Assembly (NCBI RefSeq): GCF_006345805.1
Contig: NC_043001.1
Span: 55,180,001 to 55,244,000, forward strand
DNA from: Octopus sinensis
Taxonomy: Eukaryota
Reading direction: 5' to 3'
DNA: 64,000 bases
Below are positions 42,460 through 55,760 of the stretch, piece by piece. Numbering within the stretch: position 1 is the first letter of the stretch; each line of letters begins with the position of its first letter. A program made the position numbers and the translations under genes. A model generated the notes under the pieces. That model saw only the letters and a program-made list of their open reading frames with translations. It had not been told where the DNA came from and searched no databases.

Positions 42460-43895
42460 TAACACTCATACACACATGCTATTATCGAACACTGAGAATG
42501 AGTGCTCAACACTGCATTGGTGGATAAATATTCTTTATTTGTGGGTTAACATGCTGAGACAAAACTCAGCAACTATCATGCTTGCCTCATGGGACACTGG
42601 TGTTCATCCCTATCTTGGAAAGCAAAAAATATATGTGTGTATATATATAAGACACATATACATGCATATGTATACATACACATACATATATCATAATATA
42701 TATGTCATAACATGTATGTATGTGATAATATGTTATTACACATTCATGTAGACACTCAGACGTATGTCCATGCAAACATGCCCCCTCAGTCACCCACTTA
42801 TATTCACAAAAGCTAAACTATGTTTACCTGAGGTTCCATGTGGCAATAATGTATACACTGACTGCAGTCTGAAGATACCTGTATCGGAGTTGTCAAAGGT
42901 GCAAAATGATAAACAATAGAAAGAAATAAAAAAAAAAGAACAAAACAAAACAAAAAGAACACTAAACAAAATGGTGATAAACTCCCCTCCCTTTTTTGTT
43001 TGTTATTTTTTTTTGCCTTGAAAATGGATGACATTGTTTTGTTTTTTTTAACTTTTTTTTGCTTCATTCTGTTTGTAGTGTAAATACTAATGTGGCTGTA
43101 CAGCAAATAATCAAGTTAGAAGTTCAAGTTCAAACAATGGACCTGTTGATCCAATGAATAAGTAATGTTACAGCAAATTAGGGGAGTATTGTGCTAAACA
43201 CCACGTGGTATTTAGTTATTCCCTTTCCATATGAGTTTGGATTCCTACCCTGGTCCACATTGCATTTCATCCTTCTCAAGTTGATAAATGATATAACAAA
43301 CTACAATTATAAGGGTAACTATAATCAACTAAATGAAGGTGGTCATTGTTATTATTGCTATTTCTATTGTTTTAGATCCAGGCAAACCCTTTAAAACCTG
43401 TAATTGAAAGCATTCTTTCTGTGACCTGTTTTAAACCAAAATCTACAATGCCTGTCATATCTTTGATTAAGACAGCAGGATAGGATCTGAAGATGATTTA
43501 GAAAATTTGGCTTCTATTTCTTGCAGGTAAAATGACAAAAAGCAACTCTAACATTCACTCCTTGAAGCTGGTGCCACAGCATGGCTGCAATCCAATGATT
43601 GAAATCAGCAAAATAGTAAAAGAAAGATTGGTTGGCAACATAATAAAAGATGCTGTTATTGATTAAGACTTTTTCTTTCACTAGAGTTAACATACCAGAT
43701 TGATATATTATTAATATATTAAGTTCTATTCTAATTAATTTTATTTTCAGTTTATACAAAATTTTGCAGCAGATATATTGAAAAATGCCACCTTGTAATG
43801 TATGGAAATGATTTCAACAGTATAAATAAAATATGAAGGCATTTGCAAGACATGTCTGTTCAAAATGTGTGTTTCAGTGTGGTTTATACAAATGT

Positions 43896-45936
43896 CATCA
43901 TCATCATCATCATCATCATTTAGCGTCCGTTTTCCATGCTAGCATGGGTTGGACGGTTCTACTGGGGTCTGTGAAGCCAGAAGGCTTCATCAGGCCCAGT
44001 CAAATCTGGCAGTGTTTCTACGGCTGGATGCCCTTCCTAACGCCAACCACTCCGTGAGTGTAGTGGGTGCTTTTTACGTGCCACCCGCACTGGTGCCAGA
44101 CAGAGCTGGCAAACGGCCACGAACGGATGGTGCTTTTTATGTGCCACCGGCACGAGGGCCAGGCGAGGCTGGCAACGGACACGAAACGGGGCGGTGCTGG
44201 CAACGGTCGCGAAACGGAAAGTTCTCTTACATGCCACCGGCACTGGTAACACATCTGCAATTTCCATTGATCGATTTCCATTGATCGATTTCGATTCTGA
44301 TCCTCACTTGCCTCAATGGGTCTTCACAAGCAGAGTTTCGACATGCCACCGGCACTGGTAGCACATCCGCAATTTCCATTGATCGATTTCGATTCTGATC
44401 CTCACTTGCCTCAACACGTCTTCACAGTAGAGTTTTGTGTCCCAAGAAGGGAAGGTATGCATACGTAGGCTGGCTCCATCCCATGTAGAAGGCCACGGGT
44501 TGTGGACTCACTTGTCCTGCCGGGTCTTCTCGCGCACAGCACACTTCCAGAGGTCTCGGTCTCTAGTCATTTCCTCAGTGAGACCTAAAGTTCGAAGGTC
44601 GTGCTTCACCACCTCGTCCCAGGTTTTCCTGGGTCTGCCTCTTCCACAGGTTCCCTCAACCGCTAGGGTGTGGCACTTTTTCACACAACTATCTTCATCC
44701 ATTCTCGCCACATGACCATACCAGCGCAAACGTCTCTCTTGCACACCACAACTGATGCTTCTTAGGTCCAGCTTTTCTCTCAAGGTACTTACACTCTGCC
44801 GAGTGTGAGTACCGGCATTACACATCCATCGGAGCATACTGGCTTCATTTCTAGCGAGCTTACGCATATCCTCAGCAGTCACGGCCCATGTTTCACTGCC
44901 ATGTAGCATGGCTGTTCGTACACACGCATCATACAGTCTGCCTTTCACTCTGTGCGAGAGGCCTTTTGTCACCAGCAGAGGTAAGAGCTCTCTGAACTTT
45001 GCCCAAGCTATTCTTACTCTAGCAGTTACACTTTCAGCACACCCGCCCCCGCTGCTGACTTGGTCACCTAGGTAACGGAAACTATCAACTATTTCTAGTT
45101 TTTCTCCCTGGAAAGTGACGGAAGTTGGTCTCAGAGCATTTTCAGTGTTTATTGTTCCTGAGCATCTGCCACATACAAAAACCATCTTCCTAGTTAGCCT
45201 TCCTTTGACATTGCTGCATCTCTTATGTGTCCATAGCTTACACTTGGTGCATCTTATAGAATTTCTACCTACAACCTTTTCTACAGATCGAGCAGGGCCA
45301 TCTACCTGAAGGTGTTTGTGATTTGTCTACCTTCCTACTGATTACGACTTTGGTTTTAGCTAGATTGACTCTGAGGCCCTTCGATTCTAATCCTTGTTTC
45401 CACACCTGAAACTTCTCCTCCAGTTCTGATAGCGACTCAGCAATTAGAGCAAGGTCATCAGCATAGAGGAGCTCCCAAGGGCATCCTGTCTTGAATTCCT
45501 CCGTTATTGCCTGGAGGACTATGATAAATAGGAGGGGGCTGAGTACTGAGCCTTGGTGGACCCCTACCTCTACCCGGAATTCTTCACTGTACTCATTTCC
45601 AACCCTCACCCTACTAGCGGCGTCCCTATACATGGCCCGCACAGCTCTCACTAACCATTCATCTATCCCTAGTTTTCTCATTGCCCACCAGATAAGGGAT
45701 CGGGGGACCCTGTCGAAGGCTTTCTCCATGTCAACAAAAGCCAGGTACAGGGGCTTATCTTTGGCTAGGTATTTCTCCTGCAGCTGCCTTACCAGGAATA
45801 TAGCATCAGTAGTACTTTTCCCTGGCACAAACCCAAACTGCATCTCATCTAAACTAACTCTCTCTCTAATTAGTTGGGCTATGACCCTCTCCGTAACCTT
45901 CATCACCTGGTCCAACAGCTTGATACCTCTGTAGTT
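43896..45936 (-). mobile_element. Young, 5'-truncated RTE-clade LINE with (ATG)n tail
   Basis: GC-rich island. RT motifs NYRGIKLL, QFGFVPG, AFVDMEKAFDRV, GVHQGSVLSPLLF, LLYADD, FRYLG and C-terminal LRWYGHV...GRGRPRKTW. A 3' UTR follows, with (CAT)n on the plus strand at 43896-43919. No TSD recognised. Confidence 0.95.
44508..45936 (-). pseudogene. RTE reverse transcriptase ORF, 5'-truncated, with a single +1 frameshift at 45273-45274
   Basis: ORFs 45265-45915 and 44508-45185 join into one frame if one base is removed from ggttgtagg (giving ...KGVGRNSIRCTKC...). Confidence 0.9.
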
Positions 45937-46095
45937 AAATAAATATGTGCATGTCTGTATCAGATTGCAAGCTTCCCTTGGAGTTTTTCAACTGACTCAA
46001 CTAGGAGAATCAGCCTCAGATAAGAGTCAAAATGTCTGTCTTCAAACATGCTTTTGATAGCCTAACAACAAGTGGGGTGGGTGGGTATGTATGTA

Positions 46096-46143
<48 letters not shown>

Positions 46144-46303
46144 AGCATGTATACAGAGAGCAGCGGGGTGAGACTGAAGTATGCAAGATAGTCTGACTAT
46201 AAAAAGAATCATACAAATATAAATATTCCTATCCTTTTTTTTTAAATAGCTGAAGCTGATTATATTATTATTACTATTATTATTAATAATAATAATAACA
46301 ATA

Positions 46304-46628
46304 AGTATGGTTAAGAAGATCACTTTTCAACCAAGTGGTTTCAGGTTCAGTCCTACTGCATAGCATCTTCCAGTTCAACCCTGGGCCGACCAATATCCCT
46401 TGAGTGAATTTTGGTTGATGGAAACTGTATGGAAGATCATCATGCACATATATGTGTGTGTGTGTGTTTCCCAGTTTGACAACCACAAGTTAGCAGTTTG
46501 GAGAAAGAGACTGATAGAATAAGTACTAGACTTTAAAAAAAATAAGCTCTAGGGTTGACTTGTTCAACTAAACCCTTTAACACAGTGCCTCAGCATGACA
46601 ACATTCTAATGTCTGAAACAAAAAGGAG
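46304..46628 (+). mobile_element. SINE family B, diverged
   Basis: Colinear with 37461-37858. Confidence 0.7.
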
Positions 46629-48790
46629 ACAATGAAAAAACAAACAAAAAAAAAGCAGTAGATAGTTATGACAGGGATGTCTGTGCTTTGTCCTGAAGGC
46701 TCAATGGTAATAACAACAACAAGTGAAAGTTGTTGAAAATTTCAGTTGTGATCAAAATTTAATGGTAATGGTTGGAATGAAGGTGAAGGTAGGAAAAGTA
46801 GACAGGGACTCAGAGGGAATTTGACATTTTGGCATTTAAATTTAGAAGGGAATGAACTGGAGTCATGGAGATATATTTGGATGGAGAGTAAATGTAAATA
46901 AAACAATAATGTGAAAAAACACCAGTAGGTTAAAATTTACATTGCCTAACCTTGAGTTACAACTGAAGAAGCTATTACTGCTTTTCACATACACGCACAC
47001 ACACAAAATCATGCATGCAAAAAACATACACAGACATGCACATAGCTTCTAATATAGTCATGAGCCAAAAAGGGAGATTTTATGTGCTAGAAACAACAAC
47101 TAAATCTTCCTTAAATCCTTAATGCTCCAATGTTTCAGGAAAGGACACATTAAATAGTCTTTGACTCCCTACAAGTATGGAAAGAAATGAGGTGAGTAAG
47201 CTCTGTTAATGTGTTATTCTAATGTGCATGAATGATGGGTATAAGAGGATTCAGATGCAGTCTGCATCACAAGTCTGTGCTGGCAAAGAAGGATGACAAT
47301 TGAGTAAAGAAATACCAAGCAGTACTACTATACAGATGAAGAAGTACAAAATATGTGGTGGGACATATGCTTGAGAAAGCTTAGAAAAATGGATGTTAAA
47401 TGATAATCATGATGATAATGACAGTAATAAACGTTGTTAAGTGTACCTGGGTCAACCAATGTCTATTGAGTGAATTTAGTTGATGGAATATGTACCCCAT
47501 ATCAAAAATACATTTGACAAAATATAAAGATCCTTTTTTCATTCAATTAGTTAAGTTCAATTCTTAGTAACAGTTATAATTTACTGGTTTTTATAAGATC
47601 AAACCTGGAGAAATAAAAGACAAATCTGACTCTGGTAGATTTTGAATTTGAAACCAAGAAAGGGAGAAATCAATGCATAAATTTACAGTTATTTTTAATA
47701 GAGAAGTGGGTGAGCTCATGGCCTTTGCTGGCCAGGTGAGGTTGATGTAACTGCTATTCTTCTTGAATAATTGAAAGCCAAAAACTGAAGATATGGAAAA
47801 ACAAAACCTGAGGACAAAGGGGGATACTGGAGGAATGATGTTCTGAGAGACTGGGTGAAGTCATAAGTACAGATTTTGGTGGACAGATACAATATAAGCC
47901 ATGAGAGGAAGAGAGATGAGTGAAGAGGAGGGCCTAAGTGTATATTCATGTATGAAGGTAGTTTGGAACCAGCTAGCTCTGAGGATTAGAAAGTCACTGA
48001 AATTGAGTTAGAAAAGACAGATCAAATAGACAATGCTTGTATGAACCAGAAGTTAGAGTGAAATGGTGAATGATCAGAGGTAGGAGTGCAATATGATACT
48101 AAACCTATGTAGCCTTCATTTACCTATATGCTAGGACCCTGAACCTAACACAGCACTGTATTCTCCTTTTGTCTCTTCATTTGACAAATTATTCCTGCTG
48201 TTTATACACAGAGAACTGTTTACCACTGATTCCATCCTAGTGTCTTACAGGAACCCACACTAGACATTTCACCCAACCCTTCCTCCTCAGTACTGACTTC
48301 TGCTCCCTCCATCCCGCCCTCTCCATATTCTCTTAAGTGACATGCATCTGTAGAGGTTCAAACTACCAGCATTAAGCACACCAAGACTTTATAATGGTCA
48401 CTTGACCTGCTAGAAATAGCGGCACTAAATTGACAACTACACTCACTGATATACAGAAAAAAGAGAAAATGGTCACGGATAGGATGCCTTTGATTGTATG
48501 TCTGCTTGATTAGCACTGACTTGAGACTAAAAAACAAAACAACTATATCAGTCTGTGAAGGCTTGCAAAGGCCAAAGGTATTGTTCCTTGTCTTCAGATT
48601 AAATAATGAAATAAATACTGTATTTATATACTACTTTTGTTACAAATATCACTTATTGTATGAGCAGAATACACACACACACACAAATTCTCAGGAGAGC
48701 TTACTTAGACAAATAACTGTCATAGTCAGCTTCAGCTATCCTTGAAGCTCCAAATATCAGTTTTCTTGTATGAGAACAACAACACACACA

Positions 48791-48845
<55 letters not shown>

Positions 48846-49209
48846 GAAGTTCACATACAAGTGCAAGATGAACAGAGAAACAATGAACATGTGACATTCA
48901 GATTCTGAAAAGAATGAATAGCAGCAGCAGCAGTAGTTGCAATAGTAGTAGGCTTGTTGGATGGTTGACACAGTACGAGGACAAAAGTTGGTGGTGTATT
49001 GTCCCAGAGTGGTTGAAACATTTAACAACAGCTGGAGAAACCAAACAAAAGGCATGGATGGCACTGGTAATAACGATGATGGCACGGTCAGAATATTTTT
49101 AAATAATTTTACAATATATCTAATTGATTAGTTTCAAGAATTAGCTGAGAGGCATTCATTTGAGATGTTTCTGTGAGAAGGAAAGAAGGGCAAAATAGAC
49201 TAAACAACA

Positions 49210-49606
49210 ACAAAAAAAATAATAATAATAATGATAATAATAATAATAATAATAAAAGTAAGATTGATAAAAAAGACATAAAAAAAGAATTAGATGAATA
49301 TGATGGAAAATAGAAATGGAAGAGGAAAAGAGAGGAAGGGGTAAAAAGGGGAAGAGTAGGTAAAATAAGGGGAATGGAAGAGGAGGTAAAGAAAAAGAAA
49401 ATAAGCAAGTAAAATATACAAAAATAAAGACAACAAAGTTTTTTAAAAATAGCAAAGAAGAATAAAATGAAAAAGGAAGGAGCATGAATGAGAAGGAAAA
49501 ATTAGGGAATGAGAATGGAAGTGGATTAATAATAATGACAATAGTAACAACAACAATAATAATAATAATAATAATAATGATAATAATAATAATAATAATA
49601 ATGATA

Positions 49607-49637
<31 letters not shown>

Positions 49638-50040
49638 TGCATTTTGTTTTTCTATTGAATTGTGTCTGTGTTACTATTGTTATTTGAAAATAGATATGGA
49701 AAAAATTTAAGGAAAAAAATAAATAAAAAATAAAAATATTAGTAGTTGTAGTGGCAATAATAGTAGCAGTAGTAAGAAGAGGAAGGAAAATGAAGGGAAA
49801 AGATTGAATAAGAAAGGGAAAGACAGAATAAGAAAAGAGAAGAAAAAGACAAAGCAAAAAAGAGAGAAAATAACTATAAGAAAAGGAAGAAACAATGTGA
49901 AAGAAAGTGGAAGAAGTAGACACAATAGGAATGAAAAAGACTTAGAAGGAAAAAGAGAGAAAAAAGAATCGAAAGTAGGAGGAGGCATAAAAGAAGCTGC
50001 AGGGGTTACTCACAAAGAAAAAAATAAGGAATTAAATAGA
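49210..50040. repeat. Purine-rich low-complexity island with (AAT)n/(GAT)n tracts
   Basis: Directly visible. It is the source of the spurious poly-Ile and poly-Phe/Leu ORFs. Confidence 0.85.
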
Positions 50041-50775
50041 ATAAAACAGCAAAAAACCCCCAAACTCATCAAATGGTGCATGGTTAATTAATGCAAACAG
50101 ACAATTAGTTTTTGATATCTTTCATCTAATGTTAAATAGAGAATAGAAATAAATTTTGGTAAATATAGGAATGTTTAATTCTATTAGAGTATATCGTTAA
50201 AGCATTTATTTTTATGGGTTTGGTCATATCAAATCAAATGTTTGTGTGTGTGTATATAAAAACACACACAGAGTATATATATATATATGTTTACATATGT
50301 GTGTGAGTGTCTGTTTCAGCATGTGGGCACACACACACACACTCACATATACAGATATATGTACATGCACAAAGGTGCACATATATACAACTACACACAC
50401 ATGCATATATGCATGTGCAAGCACAAGTGGATTTCTACTGAATTTACTGCTGTCAGAATTGATAACCTGGTAGGAAATTAGCTGAAGGATTGAAGGTTGA
50501 TATTAATTTTACAGGTTATATACAAAGTATGTGGACAAGACTGTTAACTCTCACTGGCTCAGTTCACTAGATGTAAATAAGTTTCATAAGAAGGTTTGGT
50601 TCACTGCTGTATGCAGCACTGACACTGTATATATCATTAAACAGTTGTTAATTATTTTCCTTTTTGCTTTAGCTAATCGCAAAAGTATAAAGACGCTTGA
50701 ACAAAGTAATTGAAAATACATAAAATCTGCATTCTGTTTTATCACTCTATAGCAAATACTACACCTATTTAAGAA

Positions 50776-50908
50776 CAAATTAAAATAATCTCAAAGCAAA
50801 TCAATATATATTTGAAGCAAATTATAATGACCTCAAAGCAAATTAAAATAATCCCAGGGCAAATTAAAATAATCTCAGAGCAAATTAAAACAATCTAGGA
50901 GCAAATTG
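50776..50908 (+). repeat. 21-bp minisatellite, 6 units plus a partial unit (caaattaaaataatctcaaag)
   Basis: Units start at 50776, 50797, 50818, 50839, 50860, 50881 and 50902. Confidence 0.85.
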
Positions 50909-51515
50909 AATAGTAGATATTTAGATAAAACATAGCAGATATCTATTTGAATTGTTTGCACTTATGCTGATTCCTTTTAAATTTCAATCCATATCATCAT
51001 CAGACTTACAATGTCACATTTACATATGAATAACAAAAGTCAATCTCAAAGTAATGATGACTTATTTTAAGTTATGAGAACTGATATTTCATAGGGTGTC
51101 AAAAAGAGAAGCAAAAGGGTTGTAGGAATACACAAGAAATATGCACTTGAGACTTGAATATATTGTACCACCTACTGCTGAATGAGAAGATTGGGGATCC
51201 ATTACTGCGGCACACACTATTAAGAAAATAACAGCATGTAACTGAATGTACAGAGTTCATGTATCACTCTGGAACTCTGGAAATGGCCGAGGCATGGTTA
51301 AAATGAATACTCAGAGTATCAGAGAGAAATTTGATAATGTGGAACAAGATTGCTCTGTGGGTATAGGAAAGTGGGAGGTCTACTTAAATAAAATTCAAGT
51401 AGGCTGTGAAGATTTTGACTTTAGAGAGTGACATAGCAAATAATCATGGACCCAGGACTGATGTACGGCTAATCCTCATCTTATAGGCCCTGTGAATACT
51501 CACAATTAATACTGA

Positions 51516-51733
51516 TTTCAAATTTTAGCACAAGCCTAGCAATTTTAGGAGAAGGGCTAAGTCGATTACAACAACTCTAGTGATCAACTGGTACTTACTT
51601 TATCAATCCCAAAAGGATGAAGGACAAATGTGACCTCAGACCTCACTGGAATTTGAACTCAGAACATAAGGACGGACAAAATGTCACCAAGCATCGTCTC
51701 CAGCATGCTAATGATTCGGGCAGCTTGTCACCT
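51516..51733 (-). mobile_element. SINE family A with long TSD
   Basis: Flanked by tactcacaattaata(c/t)tga at 51497-51515 and 51734-51752. Confidence 0.85.
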
Positions 51734-52029
51734 TACTCACAATTAATATTGAAGAATAAGAATATTTATTCTTGATATATGGATTGTGTCCCCACAAACT
51801 ATTTATAAGAAGTCATCAATGAAAGAATGATTTCACTGAAGCCAATTGCTTTCAGAGTTAGAATAACAATTCCAAAACAGATGATTCGAGTGATCTCAAG
51901 AAAGATTTTTTGATACATGTTTAAGACGTTTTGCAAGACAAATTTAAACTTTAATTTATTACTCATTAGATAAAGGCAACAGAAATGTGTTTTGATGGAA
52001 CTATTTAATTAGAGAACAGATTTAAAATA

Positions 52030-52108
52030 TTTTGAGTTTATTTTAATTTGCTTCATGACAATTTTAATTTACTTCAGGTTTATTTTAATTTGATTTGAGA
52101 TTAATTTG
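52030..52108 (-). repeat. Inverted copy of the 21-bp minisatellite, about 4 units
   Basis: The reverse complement reads caaattaatctcaaat / caaattaaaataaacctgaag / taaattaaaattgtcatgaag / caaattaaaataaactcaaaa. Confidence 0.8.
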
Positions 52109-55100
52109 TACTTGAAAAAGTATAGCTCGTTCATGACCCAATAAGAGTTGCTTGATCAGCTAAAGAGAGTAAATACATTTCTTTGAAATTACACTCTGCC
52201 ATCTTGAAAAATAAATGAAACATTGGAAAAGCAAGTAACAAATACAATATGTGGAACAAAACAAAAAAAAAAAGAGGGAAAACAAAATATGGAGCAGGAA
52301 GACCATAGCAAAAATGCATTTGATCATAGCTTTGTTAGATCAGGTATGAGCCAGAATTCAATGACAACTAGATATTTACCTTTTTCATGATCATCATGAT
52401 CATGACCATTGTCAAGACCATCATCATCCCCACCAGCACTGCCACTAAGTTTCATGCTTACAGGATTTTTATCATACACATATAGACACATCCAACACAA
52501 TGTACTATGCATACACACATACATACATGTATGTGTGTATATATACACACACACAATGTATAGATATTTATTCATGCCATGCCATGCTGCAGTAATTTAT
52601 TGGAGTATTCCTTTTACAGGATGGATGATGAAAGGGGCTTTTCTTTTTTAAAAGAAAACACTTCTCCATTATTCTGAGGGCAGCAAAGGTAAAGTGCAAG
52701 CACCTGACCATCTTAACAATATATGTTCCTCTATTTCCCCTTTTTTTGCTTCTGCTCCTCCACTGTTCCATTTTATTTTTAACTGACTTATCTGTACACC
52801 TATTCATATACCTATACAGAGACAGAATTACAAATACATGAAGTTTCTGAATAGTTGCTTGACCTGCTACAAATATAGTTCAAAGAGCCTCCTTCAAATC
52901 ACAGGTGCATTAGGTATTGTACTCCTAGATACTCTTAAAATAACAAGATGGTCACAGCTGTGTTGCCTTTACAACAGGTCTACTATATGAGAGTTAACCT
53001 GGGGAATAAACAACAGCAACAATAATATTTTAGCCAGAAAGAGAAGTTTAATGTTCTGACATGACCTGCTAAGAATATCAAATAAATATATCCCAAACAT
53101 ATAATTATATCCCAGAGCAAATAAAAGCAACAAATGTTTAAGACCATTTTTCCAGCCAAAACAAATGCTAGCTTTCAGGGGAACCTTGGATATCTTCTCC
53201 ATTTTGTCCTATCCCTTACATCTCTCATCATTAAATCCCTTTCCCTCATTTTCTCTTCCATTACCTTTAACCATGTCTTTCTCTGTGTTACCCTTCTCCA
53301 ACATTCTTCCACATTCATGACCTAACCATTTCATCCCATTTCCCTTCCCAGCATTATCTAGATAAAATATATCTAAGACAAAAAAAAAAAAAATGCCAGG
53401 TAAACTACTGACCAAGAGTTAGACAGCAACAGTGATCACATATACAGATATGCCCATTTTCTCTCACAAGCACATGCATACATCACTCTCCCTTGTGTAT
53501 TGGATCAATATTTCTGTGCAAACCAAGCAAAAACAGATGAAAATTCAGTGTTTTTCTTCAGAAGAAATTAAAATGTTAATCAAAAAAGAAATCTATAACA
53601 ATAAATTAAATAAAAACGCAATAGGAAAAAGGGGGCAAAGGAAAAATGAGGTATAAAAATGAAAAATAATAACTAGATATTATATAAGATGCCCCACCCA
53701 TTCTACTGACCCCATGTTAACAGACTAACTACCCACCTAACTAACCAACCAACCAACCGACTGACCCTCTTCAACTTCTAAAACATTGAATAACTCCTGA
53801 AGTCAAGGAAGGAAAAGTAGCTTTATTTCAATATTTTTGTGGAACATTTCCACAAAATTTAACTAGAACTAATTAATTGATAAACAAATAATAAAAGCTG
53901 CAATAAAAAAGAAAGAGGGCTAGAATTTTGCCAGCTTAACTATTGTATTCATAATTTCTCATTAATCATTAATTAAAAATCAGCTGTTTCTTTTTTTTTT
54001 TTTTATCTAAGAATAAATTGCTGTATTGGCATTCAATTGGAGACTTACTCTCATATAAAATACATGACAAAACACTTGGAACAGCAGATTTCTAGGCAGC
54101 TGATCAATTTGTGTTTGGTGGTGGGAAACTTAATTTTCTAAATCTCAACCTATCATCTTAGCGAAGGAAGGACACAATTCATACAATTCCTATGTTGATC
54201 AAATCATTTGTGAGCAAGTATTGAACTTACTCTTGTCACATAATTTAAAGACCCATCCTCCACAGCAGAAGTGTTAAGATGACATACCCTGGTGAAGATG
54301 ATTGGCCAGCAAGATTCCTGTGCCTGGTACCACATAAAAGGAACCCATGCTGGTGTCACGTGAGAGCGCCCAGCACACACTGTAAAGTGGTTGGCATTAG
54401 GAAGAGCACCCAAATGTAGAAACCAAGCCAAATCAGACTGGAACCTGATTAGTTGTCCAGCTTTGGTCAAACTGTCCAACCCATGCTAGCATGGAAATCA
54501 GACGTTAAAGGGTGATGGTGATGATATATTTATTTGATCAAAAGGTGTTTTGTTTGAGAACATATCAGAGTTACATCACCCCCACCCTCTCCACACACAA
54601 CTGGAGGGTGAGAAAAAGTGGTTTAGTGATTATTACATATGCGTAAATGTATACTTTAATCCTGATGTAGTATCTGATATAAGATTACAAATTTTGCATG
54701 CAAACACTCAGAGTAATGTCAACTAAACACAAACTTTTGCAAATAAAGTTATAGATGTTCAAACTAGTAATCCCATCTTTAGCGATGAAAAATGTTTTAA
54801 CATATCTATACTATGTTTTAATTGTTGAGATATCATTCTGCATCAGATGTCTTGTTTCTAGATGTGTAAACATAATATCAGATTGGATTTGAACTCAGAC
54901 TCTATATTAGTTGAGACTAATAATACCTTTATCTAATAGTCCACTGATATGTGTAAAATACTGCTACACATTTAGTAGTTAAAATTTAATAATTTTAGTT
55001 TAGACAAAATATTACTAATTTGAATCTAGTCTGGTACTATGAACACATCAAAGAACAAGACACCTAATAATGATTTAAGATCAAAATGATTGGAATGTTA

Positions 55101-55489
55101 TGCAGATGTAAGTATTATAACTTTCTTCTCTAATGATTGAAATTCATAGATTAGAAAATTATAATTTTGTTAAAAGTAACTCATCTCATACATTTAGACA
55201 TTTAATTTACAATTTATATTGCTCAAGATACAATGTGAGTAACTATAACAACTGAGAACATGCTTTTACTTATACAAGGATTATATCAGTGTCTATATAT
55301 ATAGTTGCTAGAATAAGAAAAAGATAGAAAATATCAGGGAGTTATTACCTTAATTGGTAACAAAAAATCTCTCCCTCAGAATGAAATGTAGATTGCATGC
55401 TTGTGTACAAACAGCAATGCTACATTGTAGGTAGACTTAGGTTCTGAATGCAGAAGATATGTGAACACTAGAAATAAATGAAGCAAGTA

Positions 55490-55760
55490 TTTTCTGATGG
55501 GTGTGCTACATCAGTGCACATGTAGGACAAAATGCAGATATGGTGCAAGGAAAATTGGGCATATGAAGAATCAGATGTGGTGTGCAAGAGAGAAAACTGC
55601 AGTGGTATGGTCAAGAGAGAAAACTGCAGTAGTATGGTCAAGAGAGAAGGCTGCAGTGGTATGGTCAAGAAAGAAGGCTGCAGTGGTATGGTAATGTGAT
55701 GAATAAGGATGCCAACAGCTGTATAAGAAGTGGATGGAAGTAGTGGAAGGAGGAGATCAA
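55490..55760 (+). mobile_element. Decayed RTE 3' coding fragment with an internal 27-bp tandem amplification
   Basis: Reads RWVCYISAHVGQNADMVQGKLGI*RIRCGV-(QERKLQWYG-like)x4-NVMNKDANSC, matching RWMCNAGTHTRQSVSTLREKLDLRSISCGVQERRLRWYGHVARMDEDSC of the 44508 ORF. Confidence 0.8.

Noticed and set aside
43840-45960. Target-site duplication around the RTE insertion
   Set aside because: Only loose AT-rich similarity between the flanks; no convincing direct repeat.
49109-50091. 255-aa and overlapping hydrophobic or Lys-rich ORFs
   Set aside because: Products of (AAT)n and purine-rich low-complexity DNA; no domain content.
50776-55695. Regularly spaced short repeats (21-bp and 27-bp arrays) as possible CRISPR arrays
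   Set aside because: Units are directly adjacent with no unique spacers, the context is eukaryotic, and there are no cas genes.
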